From contig CAZWKA010000003.1 in the NCBI GenBank assembly GCA_964634875.1, positions 85,928 through 149,927 on the forward strand: 64,000 bases of DNA. Direction: 5' to 3'. Position 1 is the stretch's first letter. Each line of letters opens with the position of its first letter. Position numbers and translations under genes: made by a program. Below the pieces are notes generated by a model. It had not been told where the DNA came from. It ran no database searches and saw only the letters and a list, made by a program, of their open reading frames with translations. This stretch comes from an uncultured Gammaproteobacteria bacterium (GTDB lineage Bacteria; Patescibacteriota; Patescibacteriia; Magasanikbacterales; GWA2-37-8). Below, piece after piece: positions 8,733 through 20,000 of this stretch.

Positions 8733-9326
8733 ATGCTCAGCCTCCTTCTTAAACACAGTAAGACGCTTATCGCGTGGGGGGTTTTGGTAGCTGTGATTTC
8801 GGTTGGGGTAAGCTTTATTTTTCCTAAACAATATAGCGCTGTTAGTCGTGTCATTATCATTTCGCGGGACAAAACAGGTGTTGACCCCTATACCCAGGCC
8901 AAAGCAGCCGAACGAGTTGGTCAAGATTTGGCGCAGATCATGAAAACAACTGATTTTTACGATAAAGTTGTAGGTGAAAATGCCTCGGTATTTCAAGCTG
9001 GATCTTGGAAAAACCTTGACGACCGTGCGCGGCGTAAAAAATGGCAGAAAGATGTCCGGGCACAGATGGTCTATGGTGCCAGCCTCCTCGAAGTTACTGC
9101 TTATGCCGTTGGGCCAGACAACGCTCTGGCTTTATCTGCGGCGGTTACAAAAACACTGGCGGCACACGGGTGGGAATATAGCGGTGGCGATGTTGCGATC
9201 AAGCAAGTGGACAGCGCGCTTGTCTCGCTTCTTCCGGCACGTCCTAATTTTGTCCTGAATGGAGCGGTTGGTTTTTTGGTGGGTGGTTTTTTAGCAGCCC
9301 TCTGGGTGGTTCGCTCGAAAGGTTAA
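8733..9326 (+). CDS. Wzz/PCP-like chain-length-determinant-type protein (two TM helices flanking a soluble domain)
   Basis: N- and C-terminal TM helices. Overall architecture of short PCP/Wzz-family proteins. Low sequence certainty. Confidence 0.4.
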   Translation: MLSLLLKHSKTLIAWGVLVAVISVGVSFIFPKQYSAVSRVIIISRDKTGVDPYTQAKAAERVGQDLAQIMKTTDFYDKVVGENASVFQAGSWKNLDDRARRKKWQKDVRAQMVYGASLLEVTAYAVGPDNALALSAAVTKTLAAHGWEYSGGDVAIKQVDSALVSLLPARPNFVLNGAVGFLVGGFLAALWVVRSKG

Positions 9327-9348
9327 ACTATTCTTAGGTTCAAGCAGT

Positions 9349-10743
9349 ATGCTCACTGAATCAGGAGATTATTATCCTGGTGAAGAACTAGAGAAACCTC
9401 GGCAACTTACCTTGACTGAACGTCTGCAAGGAACCTTTCAGGAAATACAGCAGGGTTTGTATGACGGGCAGCACACCCAGGTGTTAGAAAATACACATTA
9501 TCAAGACAAAGTTGCTGAGATTGCTTTTTTATTGGCTGATCTCGATAAGGATCCGACTCTGACGGTAGAAGGACCGGCTCGAATCGGGCGGATGAAACTG
9601 TGTGAAACAAAAATACGTCAATTAGACCGATTTATTAATAATTTATTGGAATCGAAGTACGGGTATAAAAAACGAGAGAAAGAACAGGTCGAAAAACGGG
9701 AGCGAGCCTACCAGTTTAGTGAGGATGGCCAGCAGATGGTAGTTGAGGGTGTAGCTGTTTCACTTCTGCGCACTGATGTTGCGGAGCTTCCCCGGATAAT
9801 CCACGGTGCGCATTCTGACCAGATCAGTTATGGTAACAAGCTGATTTTTGAATTGTATCCTTTTAATGCCAGTATCGATCCCAATGATCCTCAGCCTCAA
9901 AAAATAGAAATTATTTTTAAACAAGGAAGAGAAACAGATGGTAAGTGGTTCTATGAAGTCAGACGGGCGGCGGTAGAACGATCTGCTCAGGCGCTCGCAG
10001 AATTTTTCCGCACTTGTGGTTTGCCCGCTTCTGATTATGCAAAGAAGAAGGTTGAAGCTGATGATGAGGACGATGATTCCCCGCTTATAGAGGAAGTGGT
10101 AGTGCCAACAAACGAAGAACATGCGCCAGTCATTAGGACAATTACGCCAGATGAGTTGGCTCATCGTGAATGGGTCGCAGACCAAAAAAATAAATCCGCA
10201 CGCTGGAATGGTGTTGCTACACCATTTGTACCCCTAGCTCCACTCGGTAGATTAGTCCAGCGTTTTAAGCGACCACTGCTTGCACTTGGCTTTGCTGGCG
10301 GCCTCTTGGCTACTCCCGAAACTGCCCAGCAGAACAATGAACGTCCAGCAGCACTTATTGCTCAAAAGAGAGGGGAAGAAGAGGTGAAAAAAATTGAATC
10401 TTTACATGCTGAGGATCTGCGAGCTGAGTTGGTGCGAAAGAGCCTGGTTGAAACGCTGGTTGATCAGGCGATCCTTGCGGATAAAGACCTGCAACGTGAG
10501 CGTGGTAAGAAAAGATATGATCGCACGCAAATCACTGCTTTTGTGAAAGAACATCTACAGTCGCTGGCTGGGCAACATAATGTGGTAGTAGAAGGGAAGG
10601 TGCTAGTTGACCAGGCGCTCGTTTCTGGGTTAGTACAGGAAATTATGACTGATAATCCTCGGCACGCCAAAAGGTTCAGTCGAAAAATTATTAAACCGCT
10701 AATTAAGGCTGCAAAAAGGGCTTCAGCCAATCATACCTCTTAA
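9349..10743 (+). CDS. Hypothetical charged protein (464 aa)
   Basis: Long ORF translationally coupled to downstream genes. No signal peptide or TM helix. Confidence 0.6.
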   Translation: MLTESGDYYPGEELEKPRQLTLTERLQGTFQEIQQGLYDGQHTQVLENTHYQDKVAEIAFLLADLDKDPTLTVEGPARIGRMKLCETKIRQLDRFINNLLESKYGYKKREKEQVEKRERAYQFSEDGQQMVVEGVAVSLLRTDVAELPRIIHGAHSDQISYGNKLIFELYPFNASIDPNDPQPQKIEIIFKQGRETDGKWFYEVRRAAVERSAQALAEFFRTCGLPASDYAKKKVEADDEDDDSPLIEEVVVPTNEEHAPVIRTITPDELAHREWVADQKNKSARWNGVATPFVPLAPLGRLVQRFKRPLLALGFAGGLLATPETAQQNNERPAALIAQKRGEEEVKKIESLHAEDLRAELVRKSLVETLVDQAILADKDLQRERGKKRYDRTQITAFVKEHLQSLAGQHNVVVEGKVLVDQALVSGLVQEIMTDNPRHAKRFSRKIIKPLIKAAKRASANHTS

Positions 10744-10747
10744 ATTT

Positions 10748-13033
10748 ATGAAGAAATTAGCTTCTCCTGACGCAGAATCATCTGCGCGCCACTATCCTCA
10801 GTTTGACACTACGGATTTTGATGATGCACCAACCCCCGTTTTTGAGCGTCCGAAAAAAATGCGGCCGGTGTTTTCGTCTGCTGATTCCGAAAGCACCCCG
10901 ATCCCTAGTGGGCGCTCGGAAATAGATTCTACTCTACAAGATATTGGGATCAAGCGAGAAAAACGTTTAGATACTACGGTGGTAGACCACGCCCAGCCGG
11001 AGAAAAAAAAGACGCCTAAAAAAGAGCTGGAGCGTAGGGGAGATATTGTCTATGTTGGTGACAAGGAAGTTGATCTAACGCTTCCCACCAATCCGTCGCT
11101 GCCTTTTGAGAAGCCGTGGTACCCGGCTCGGGGCCGTAACTTGCTTATTTTTGGTTATGGCAAGAGTAATGTTTTTGTTTTGTATAAAGAAGGAGCCAAA
11201 TTAATGCTTCAAACTAAGATCGGCGGTAAAGAGAATTCCCCGGTACACTTAAAAACAGGTCACGATATTATAAATGCAATAGGGGTATTTAAGGGTAATG
11301 TCCAATTTAATTACCGATCCAAAGAACCCGGAATAGCTTCGGCGACTGAAGATGACGACACGGAAATCCCTGCGCAAATGTCTCGTGATGCCGATGAACT
11401 TCCGCCTACCCCCGACCTCGTTGTTCCGCTTCGTCCGACTAATGAACCGCCGACGGGAGGACGAGAAATACCTTTTAGTGAAAACCAGAAAGTAGAATTA
11501 GGCATGGCCTTTGATGATTTGATCGACGAACATAACGCTCCAGAAGTAATTGTCGAAAAAACTAGGTCAACAGAAACTGCGGCAGGTGAGATCGACATGG
11601 AAGCGACAGTGGTTACCCCTGAAGAGAAGGCGGGTATCAGTGAGTTGGTGGCTGCTTTGAGTGAAGAGGGGTATGATGCAGCGTACTATAAAGAAGGCCC
11701 TGTAGAAGATTTTCCGTCGCGCGACGAAAAAAAAGTGCGCGTTGGTTCGGCGGGAAGTATCTTTGGTACGAGTTCTACGGGTGGTAAGGATTTTGTATAT
11801 TCGCGGGTTTCGCCGGTTGAAAGAGAGAGTGTCGAACCTCTCAGGTCTAATTATACTGCAATCGTGAGCGAAGTTGCGTCTGACGGAACACTGAGTGGTG
11901 CAGTTACTGAAGCCAGTACGGCAAAAGCCTTACGTGCCAGCCAAGATATTTTGCGTTTAGCTTTGAGGGAGCAAGACCATTTTACGCTTGAAGCCGCTTT
12001 TGGGGCGACCCACCAAATCGCCCACGGATTTGTTAAGCCGGGTGACTGTATTTCAGTTGCAGCTACCACGCTTGACGCTAAGGGGCAAGTAACGTTTGGT
12101 TCGTGGGGTGATACAGGGGTTTTGATGATTCGGGATGGTAAACAGGTGAGTGTCGTTGACCAGGCAGAAGTAACGCCGATTAAGGCTGAAAGTAAGAGTG
12201 TGGAAGTGGATCCACAGATTGAGATGCGTTCAGTTACAGGTAAAGATCATGACCAGGTTATTCAAGCAACCAAGCAATTTTGGAAGTTGGTCACTGTATA
12301 TGAAGTTGAGAAATTATCCAAGCGGTACCGCGGTCAGGCTTTGGAAAAGGCTTTGTTTAATCTTGCAACAGAACGTAATAACGCAACCAAAGATTATACG
12401 ATTGAAGAAGATGTGGGGGTTAAAGTGACTAAAATTTTTCGCGAACTTAAACCAGAAAGCTTCGCTATCCAGGTTGTGCACGTGGAGCTGCCAGAACAAC
12501 GCGGAATTCTTTCAAAGATTGCAAGTAGTAAAGTAGGTAAGTGGCTGCGCGGCGCGGCGTTGGTCGCATTTGGTTTGTCGGGAACGGGCGAGGTGCGCCA
12601 GGCTGAAAAACCCGTTGTGCAAGGCCGGGCAGTGGAGCCCCAAGCAGGGCCGGTTCGTACGCTGGAACACAAAGTACCAGGAATGGTTGCTTTTGAAGTA
12701 CAGCGTGATAATGAGGCTGAGCTGGTTCACTTTGTGAATGAGCGCAATAAAGAGCTTAAAATGCTCGGAAAATTGGCCGATGATAAAGGCCGGATCGTTT
12801 GGGTGGCGGCAGTGCTTAAACAGCTTTTGCGTGGTAAAGATACGGCCGGCTTTAAGACTGCTGACCTGACGCCCATGGTTAAGATTAATCCAGAAAAAGG
12901 CACTTTTGAATTCACAAATGTCGACCAGCTAGATGAGTTGCTTGGTAAAATTGCTGAAGCGAGCAAACACAAGAAGCATATTAAAGTAGTAAAAGGCTAT
13001 GCTGCGGGAGTGTATAAAGATGCCTTCAAATAA
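10748..13033 (+). CDS. Hypothetical large protein (761 aa) with a degenerate PP2C/SpoIIE-like stretch
   Basis: Weak PP2C-like motif order (ATTL ... GDTG ... RDG ... VVDQ). Starts 4 nt after the previous stop. Confidence 0.55.
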   Translation: MKKLASPDAESSARHYPQFDTTDFDDAPTPVFERPKKMRPVFSSADSESTPIPSGRSEIDSTLQDIGIKREKRLDTTVVDHAQPEKKKTPKKELERRGDIVYVGDKEVDLTLPTNPSLPFEKPWYPARGRNLLIFGYGKSNVFVLYKEGAKLMLQTKIGGKENSPVHLKTGHDIINAIGVFKGNVQFNYRSKEPGIASATEDDDTEIPAQMSRDADELPPTPDLVVPLRPTNEPPTGGREIPFSENQKVELGMAFDDLIDEHNAPEVIVEKTRSTETAAGEIDMEATVVTPEEKAGISELVAALSEEGYDAAYYKEGPVEDFPSRDEKKVRVGSAGSIFGTSSTGGKDFVYSRVSPVERESVEPLRSNYTAIVSEVASDGTLSGAVTEASTAKALRASQDILRLALREQDHFTLEAAFGATHQIAHGFVKPGDCISVAATTLDAKGQVTFGSWGDTGVLMIRDGKQVSVVDQAEVTPIKAESKSVEVDPQIEMRSVTGKDHDQVIQATKQFWKLVTVYEVEKLSKRYRGQALEKALFNLATERNNATKDYTIEEDVGVKVTKIFRELKPESFAIQVVHVELPEQRGILSKIASSKVGKWLRGAALVAFGLSGTGEVRQAEKPVVQGRAVEPQAGPVRTLEHKVPGMVAFEVQRDNEAELVHFVNERNKELKMLGKLADDKGRIVWVAAVLKQLLRGKDTAGFKTADLTPMVKINPEKGTFEFTNVDQLDELLGKIAEASKHKKHIKVVKGYAAGVYKDAFK

Positions 13034-13131
13034 AGCTGGCAGGATGGTATGCTCGTTTGTTTGGTAAAAAAACTTCTGAAAAACCAAAAAGAGTGCTATA
13101 CTAATGGATAATTCATTTTTTACCTTTTTTT

Positions 13132-13479
13132 ATGGCCCAGATTACCCCTTTTTCGGATGACTCCTTACCAGAATTTGAGGAGATGGCGATTTCCCAGGGA
13201 CGAAAGCTGGGCTTTTTGATTGCCAAGTCCGAACTTTTGAGTGATGAAGAAAAAGAAGCCTTGCTCACGGTGCTCCCTGAGATGTCGCCAGAGCAGCTGG
13301 ATGAATTAACTGTCACCCTTGAAGCTCAGCATGTACTTCAACAAAAAGACCCGAATGATGCTGTGGTCAAAGAGGGTTTGGTTCAAGCTGAAGACGAGTA
13401 TAACCAGGCGATGGATAAGGCAAGTGGTGATACGCTTAAGAAGCTTGATCAGCTGCAGAAAAAGGTAAGCGGTCGTTAG
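13132..13479 (+). CDS. Small acidic helical protein (115 aa)
   Basis: Glu/Asp-rich. Lies between giant ORFs, which suggests a chaperone or adaptor-like role. Confidence 0.45.
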   Translation: MAQITPFSDDSLPEFEEMAISQGRKLGFLIAKSELLSDEEKEALLTVLPEMSPEQLDELTVTLEAQHVLQQKDPNDAVVKEGLVQAEDEYNQAMDKASGDTLKKLDQLQKKVSGR

Positions 13480-13489
13480 AATATAACCT

Positions 13490-13711
13490 ATGCTTGATAG
13501 CGATGCAATGAAACCGTCCACGTCTGAACCAGAGAAAGGACTTACTCCAGAGGAGCAGGTTGCTTTGTACTCGGAGCAGATTGCTGAACTTGAGACGCTC
13601 CACCGCCAAGGTTTGGTTTTGAAGCACCAGTTGCTTGAGGCGGTTTCAAATGAAAAACGGGCAGCTCTTCTCCAGTCTATTAAGCAATCTATTCCTAAGA
13701 AAAATAACTAA
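13490..13711 (+). CDS. Small helical protein (73 aa)
   Basis: Tightly packed between neighbouring genes in the operon. Confidence 0.4.
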   Translation: MLDSDAMKPSTSEPEKGLTPEEQVALYSEQIAELETLHRQGLVLKHQLLEAVSNEKRAALLQSIKQSIPKKNN

Positions 13712-13717
13712 CAGCGT

Positions 13718-16700
13718 ATGCCTAAAAAAGCGCCTGGTAAGGAGGGTGGTGGAGAAGTTTCGCTGCAGGATAAGGTTTTGCGTTTAGTTACCCGAGAACA
13801 TAGTAATCCTGACCGTAAAGTGCTTGAAACAGCGCTCCATTTGCGTGAGAAAGTTAGGTTTCTCTCGGCTGAGCAGGCTCGGTTAGTCGATGAGTTGACT
13901 GCGTTGTATGATTTGCTTACCGATGTGGTTGGTGAAGACCAGCAAGAGAAACGAAAAGAACTTTTGTTGCAGGCAGAGAAGTATTTCGTTGCTGCACGCG
14001 AACATATCATGAAACAATTTCCAACACCAAAAGATGCCCAGAAGTTTACCGGTGTTGAAAAACCGGCTGAACAATTAACGGCTGCGGGAGCCGAAACCTG
14101 GCTCCAGGGAGAAGAAGCAAAATTGGCGCCATACAATCTTTCAAAGCGGCAGCGCAAAGATTTGGCCGCGGGTAAAAAGCAATTTGAAGTTTTGGTTGGA
14201 AAATTAAAGACTGGTCAGATTACCGAACATGAAATTTTGACGACCTATCCAAAAGCACAAAGAGAGGTGGTTGAGACCGTCCGCCTTATTCTAAAGAAAC
14301 AGCAAGACCAATCACCAGCCTTTGCTGCCCCGGAACCGGAAGAGTCCGAAGTGCAAGAAGAGGCTCCTCGACAAAAACGGGTTGTAGAACAAATTGCTTC
14401 GCCTGATGTTGACCCTCAAGTTGAGGAGGAGTCGGTTGAAACTGGAGCTGAAAATGAAACCGATGAACAAATTTTTGACCGGATCAAAGCCGAGATTGAA
14501 AGCGGTGCTTTTACACTTGAAAAAGCCAAAGCATCTATTGAATTGGCTCGGACTGTCGGCGGACAAACTATTCGTGATCCTCGAAATGAAGAAGACACTT
14601 TGGCGACAGGTTGTTATTGGTACGCTTTTGGGGAAAATGGTTTGCCTCCGGATGCAGCGAAAGCACTGGCGCGTACCATGCGTGATCACTTTACCAAAGG
14701 AAAGGCCGAACAAAAAGATCGGCAAGGTGAAGCACGGTTTAATGAAATAAAAGCCCGTTTTCTAGTTGATAACCCGGCAGATATTTTGGCAGTGGCCGAC
14801 GAAATGATTGAAAAGGCAAAATCAACCCCCAAAGGACTCATGTCGACATTCAAAGCGACTTCGCCGGAGCAACAGGTATCGGTTGGTGCTTTTTGGTTTT
14901 TTAAGATGTACAAAACACCCTATAAAGGGATAGATGCAGATGCTAAAGTTTTTGCTAGCCAAGCAGCGGCTCATTTCAAAGATAAGGAGCCAAAAGTCGA
15001 AAAATCAAAAGAAGTACCCTTGGTTCGCAATAAACCAGGTTTTAATGACGCTGCAGCTCAAAAAAATGCAGAAGAAGCGGAGTATAAGGCTCAGCACCCG
15101 GAACATCCCGCACCAGCTGAGTCGCACGAAACTGAGAGTGCGGGGGCGCACGTCTTTTCTTTAGCTGATGCTATTGAAGTATTCAATGCGCTTTCTGCAG
15201 AGCAGCAAAAAAAAGTTAAAACCAGACCACGAAGAAGTCCTGAAGAACCGTTTCAAGATCCAGCGTTTACTGTGGGTGAGGCTCGTTACTGGAAAGCGTT
15301 CTTGGACAATCCAGATGTTGAACAGGCTGAAGCGGAGGCCCTAGGTAAACAAGCTGAACTTGAGTTTAGATCAATGATGGATAAGTGCATTCGCCAGCTT
15401 ATTTCTAAAGATCCAGAACAGGCTGTTTCAACTGCTCAGGATATAATTGAGCAGGCGGAGCAGCTGGAGGACAGGGAAATTTTTCCTGAAAAGGGAAGTG
15501 AAGCGGACTCGGATGCAAATATCGTTGCTCTTGGTGCTTTTTTGGTGGCTAAACATTTTGGCGGTCGAAGTCGGTCTGAAGCTAATCAGTTTGCAGAGCA
15601 CGCAAAGGATATTTTTATGACGGCTGAAGCGGCGCTGGAAGAAGCAGTTCCAGACGTAGCACCGACTCCTCGAGAGAGCGCTGAACCGGCACCGAAAGTT
15701 GAGTCGGTATCTCAGCGGTCAGTTGAAAATGAAATGAAGGTGGTTAGTCATATTGATCCTATTTTTAAAGCTTTAGATGAGGGCGAAGATTTACAATTTA
15801 CTTTTGTGGAAATAAGTCGGGCCGCTGAAAACCTGCTTAGCTCACCAAATTTTCAGGATGGAAGTTTTGATCTCGCAAAAAAAACAAACACTGAGAAAAT
15901 TGTCAGAGCCCGTTATTTGTACGCCCTTAATGTTGAGAATCTGGGAGAGCGGAAAGCTGCCCAGCTGGCCAGCGAAACCAGAAAAGCGTGCCAGCGGATT
16001 GAAAAGCTGCAAAAACCGGTTGAAAAAGTACTGATTGTTCCGGATGAAGATGAGGAGGACGATGCTGACCGCCGAGCGGCTAGTATCGCTGCGCGCAGAG
16101 GGGATGTAGTAAGTACGCACTATACGAGTGGGGTGGCGAATGAAATGCGTCGGCCGGCAAAGGATCGGACTGATATGCCGGAAGTTGAACAGCTGTCTCC
16201 GGAAGAAAAGAATAAAGCGAGTCTCTTGAGTAATCTCAAACGAACGTATTACCGGCCATTGAGTGAAAATATTGAAACATTTACATTCAAAAAAATAACT
16301 GGCAAAGAAGCTGATGAGCGGGACGCATCCCGCTTACTCCGCCGCTTGTATGATGCGCAAGTTGCGCCTTTGGTTGCTGCTTTTGAAGCGGCTGATCCAA
16401 AGAATGCCGATGAACTGGCTCGTCTGGAACGGGAAATTAAGAGCGCGGTCAAAGACCTTGATCTTAAAAGACAAGTCGCTGAGAATGCGGAATCGCTCGA
16501 CTCTATATCGATTGATTGGTTGCGTGATGGTGTTAAGAAATTAGCTGAGCAAGAATACTCTGAAAAAATCACTCTCTATAATAGTTTAGTACGTGACAAG
16601 AATGAACTTATGACTGAGTTCTCCCTCTTGCGTGATTCGTTCCCAGAAATTGACCAAGGGTTAACTACGTTTGGCCGTGAGCTGGCGAAGGCTGACGCGA

Positions 16701-16849
16701 TATATAGAAAGTCCCGGCAACCAGGTATCAAAGGAACTGAGGCAGCCAAGGTTTTTCAAGAAGCTTTTGCTGAGGCTGTCCAACAAGCTGCTAAAGAACG
16801 TAATAGCGTCCTCTTTACGCTTGAGAAGATAACCGGGGTAGCCCTTTAG
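13718..16849 (+). CDS. Giant Glu/Lys/Ala-rich alpha-helical protein (1043 aa)
   Basis: Uninterrupted 3.1 kb ORF. Highly charged. No TM helix or signal peptide. Confidence 0.65.
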   Translation: MPKKAPGKEGGGEVSLQDKVLRLVTREHSNPDRKVLETALHLREKVRFLSAEQARLVDELTALYDLLTDVVGEDQQEKRKELLLQAEKYFVAAREHIMKQFPTPKDAQKFTGVEKPAEQLTAAGAETWLQGEEAKLAPYNLSKRQRKDLAAGKKQFEVLVGKLKTGQITEHEILTTYPKAQREVVETVRLILKKQQDQSPAFAAPEPEESEVQEEAPRQKRVVEQIASPDVDPQVEEESVETGAENETDEQIFDRIKAEIESGAFTLEKAKASIELARTVGGQTIRDPRNEEDTLATGCYWYAFGENGLPPDAAKALARTMRDHFTKGKAEQKDRQGEARFNEIKARFLVDNPADILAVADEMIEKAKSTPKGLMSTFKATSPEQQVSVGAFWFFKMYKTPYKGIDADAKVFASQAAAHFKDKEPKVEKSKEVPLVRNKPGFNDAAAQKNAEEAEYKAQHPEHPAPAESHETESAGAHVFSLADAIEVFNALSAEQQKKVKTRPRRSPEEPFQDPAFTVGEARYWKAFLDNPDVEQAEAEALGKQAELEFRSMMDKCIRQLISKDPEQAVSTAQDIIEQAEQLEDREIFPEKGSEADSDANIVALGAFLVAKHFGGRSRSEANQFAEHAKDIFMTAEAALEEAVPDVAPTPRESAEPAPKVESVSQRSVENEMKVVSHIDPIFKALDEGEDLQFTFVEISRAAENLLSSPNFQDGSFDLAKKTNTEKIVRARYLYALNVENLGERKAAQLASETRKACQRIEKLQKPVEKVLIVPDEDEEDDADRRAASIAARRGDVVSTHYTSGVANEMRRPAKDRTDMPEVEQLSPEEKNKASLLSNLKRTYYRPLSENIETFTFKKITGKEADERDASRLLRRLYDAQVAPLVAAFEAADPKNADELARLEREIKSAVKDLDLKRQVAENAESLDSISIDWLRDGVKKLAEQEYSEKITLYNSLVRDKNELMTEFSLLRDSFPEIDQGLTTFGRELAKADAIYRKSRQPGIKGTEAAKVFQEAFAEAVQQAAKERNSVLFTLEKITGVAL

Positions 16850-16867
16850 TTTTTAATGCCTGCTTAG

Positions 16868-17050
16868 ATGTCTATGTCAAAAAATGTATCCCAGCCAATA
16901 AAAGCAAAGGCTCAGGCGCTTGGCAGAAAAGTGAGCCAATTAAAAAATAAGATTGCGGAGACGCGTGAAGACGGGGAAGCCCTCAAGCGGCAGCTAACTG
17001 TAGCACTCGACCGGGCGAAAGTGAGCAAAATTTTAAAAAAAATTAAGTAG
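16868..17050 (+). CDS. Small basic coiled-coil protein (60 aa)
   Basis: Operon position. Reported only because of its context. Confidence 0.35.
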   Translation: MSMSKNVSQPIKAKAQALGRKVSQLKNKIAETREDGEALKRQLTVALDRAKVSKILKKIK

Positions 17051-17075
17051 CCTTTAGTTTTATTACTACGTTTTT

Positions 17076-20000
17076 ATGGCGAGCCCTGAAAAAAAATTGA
17101 TCACCCCTGAGTTCAAACTGCATGTGCAGCTGGTGAAAGAGCTGAATGAAGGTGACCGTAGCGACCAGCACCTGCAGGCCCTGTTTGAATTGAATGAGCG
17201 TTTTAAGTCAGTGAAGGATGTCATGAAAGACCTGCGCAGGCTCTTGAAAGAGTGGGGTGCGATCCATGACCAAAAAGAGGGGCTTCCCCCACGTGAACTC
17301 AACCAGGCAATTGCTGAGTATGCCAAAAAAGTAGTGGCTTTAGAAAACGAGTTGCTCGAGCTTGAGGCGGAAGAAAAAGAGGTTGAGGAGGCGTGGTGGA
17401 AGGAGCAGCAGGCTACAATTAAGTCTTTGGTAGCACAAAAAGATCCGCGTCATACCGCCAAAGACATCCAAAAAAGACGGGATTTAAAAAATGCTACATT
17501 TGAGGCGTTGGCTTTGTTTAAAAAGAATCAAGAGGGACAAGCGAGCCAGTCCGACCTTCACGAGTACGGGCGTTTCAAACGCCAGGTTATTGATTCGCTG
17601 GCGGAATTAGCTCCGCGGGTCCAGACAGACGAACTAGACGAGGCGGTTGATGCCCGTGATACTCAACCTAATCCGGTTGTCCCCGATGTGGCTTCCGAGC
17701 CAAAACCAGTCGATGCCCGTGATACTGCTCCACACACACCAGTTATGGATGATGAACCAGATGCCCGGGACACTGCGCCGCATACTCCAGTGTTTAATGA
17801 CACTAATCCTGATGCTCGTGACACCGCTCCTCATACGCCGGTTTTTGATGATCCTGATGCCCGTAACACTGCTCCCCACACACCAGTATTTGCCGAACCA
17901 CCAGCGCCGCCAAAGAAAAAAGGTTTTTGGGGTCGGATTAAAGAAGTCTTTTCTAGCAAAGAAGTTCAGAAAAAAGCAGCTAAAACAATTTTGTACGATG
18001 TGCCGATGCGCGCTCTGGGGGCAAAGGCAGTTTTTGATTGGATCGGTGCGTCTCCGCTTGCTGCTGCCCGTGTCGCTGAAATGGTCGGGGGTGAAAAATT
18101 AAAAAATAAAGTTAAGGGGTATGTTGGTGAGGGCAGGGGAGATGTTGCTGCTTACTATAAGGGCGGTCGCGAGGCTGAAGAAGAATTAGAACAACTGCAA
18201 CCTCAGATCGATGAAGTGGTGCTTGCGCTTGGTCGTGACATGAAAGAACGTCGTGCTCAGGACACGGACGCTGAGCTGCGCGTGCAAGCAAAATTAGATA
18301 CTTTGCAACACATGATCGCGGGGGCAAAAAATATCGCTCCGGCCGAGCGCGCTGTTTTGTTTGAATCGCTGACGGATATCGTTACAAGCTACGGTGAAGC
18401 CCAAAAAACTGCCGAAGCTGCTTTGCTCAAAAAAACCCAAGCGCTCCTTGAGCGTCATGTACGTAACCAGGCCAACAAATTGGCTTTGGTTCGTGATGGT
18501 GTTAACGCCATTCTTACTGCAGCTGGTTTACCAATGGTTCGGGCAGTTGCCTACGCTGGTATGAGTGCCTATGAAGCAGTGCGACGGGTAAGTCTTGAGC
18601 GTAAAGGCGGGGCGGCGGGTGAATCTAAAAAAGATGCTGCTAAACGGTATGCCAGTACTGTTGGAACTGCTGCGCGCGAATCGTTTAATGCTTTGCTCTT
18701 CAGAGGCCGCAAAAATGAAGGTTCGGTGGCGCAACGTGGTATTGAAGGTGTGGCTGCGTGGGGTCAGGCTCTGTCTGTCTTTGGTATCAGTGTTCAAGCG
18801 CTTGATGGTCATGCACCAACGAGTAGTGAAGGTTTCCAATCGCTCATTAATGCGATTAAAGAACGAGGTGCCGAAGGCGCACTTGACCAAATGGGTAGCA
18901 ATATTGCCCAGAATGCAGACCGTGTTGCCAATATCCCCGCTACGTTTGCCCGTGGCGTGGGGCATGCGTATGATGCGGGGCACACTGCGGTCGATTATGT
19001 AACTGGTACCTCGCATGATACTTCTCGGCTACTTGATGGTGCGCCAGAATTTTCTTTTAATAATTTTGCTCAAGAAAACCATCTGAGTAAACCAGAAGGA
19101 GATTTTTTGGCCGGTCTGCTTAAATACCCCAGCCTTCGCAATAATCCGGAAGTATTTCAAAATATTCTTAAGCTCTCGGATGCCGGCAACCATAATGGTG
19201 TAGCAGAACGAATACTTGGGGACGTTAAAATGTATACCTTCAAAGCAATGGTGGATGCCGGAGCTGGTAAAGAAGAGTTGGCCGGTTTTGTTCGCGATCA
19301 ACATTTTAGTAGTCGTCATTTGGAACACCTCAAAGGCGTACACCTGGGTTCAAAACCCAGTGCGGAAAAAATTGCTGAAGCGCTCCAGGCAGCGATGGGT
19401 AAGAAGTCAAGCGGCGTTTATGATGTCTTCAAAGCTAAGGCAACAAGTGAGTACCAACATGCCCTTGCCCAGAAACATGGTGACCATTTACGTTTGCGCG
19501 GAAATGATTTGCGTCTGTATGGCTTTGACAAAGATGGTAACCCAATTTTGGGTGGCAAAGGTACGGCAACGCTGCTGCACCGTTCTGGTGGAAGTCATGG
19601 TGTTCTTCAGGCTGGAAAATCCAGCGTGTCGTCTGCTCAGGCGGTTGAAGCGTATGCCAAGCAGCTTGGGTATGCTGATCCAGAAGCATATGAAGTATAT
19701 AAAGATAATGATGCCCTGGACGATGCCGGTGATATGTCACCGCCAGCCAGCTGGAAACTCGCCGGCTCGAGTTCGGCGGCCGAGAGTATACGGCATTTGG
19801 AAGAAATGTTTGCTATGGAAGACCCTCAAGCCTATGCGCTCTATCAAGCGGGTAAAGAGAACGGTGGTCTCGAAGATTTTGATACCTCTACCCTTGTCGC
19901 TAGTCGCACTGACATGGTGCCAAGTTCGTCTGGTTCAGTTACGGCTGAGGCAATGCAACGTGCTCCGGCGGCGGAGGCGTTGCGAACTACTCCTCGTGAA

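Noticed and set aside
17647-18102. Alternative-frame ORFs inside the 1199-aa gene (17647-18102 plus; 19216-20109 plus; 19844-20347 minus; 18528-19016 minus)
   Set aside because: Entirely contained within the long ORF in other frames. Compositionally biased translations.
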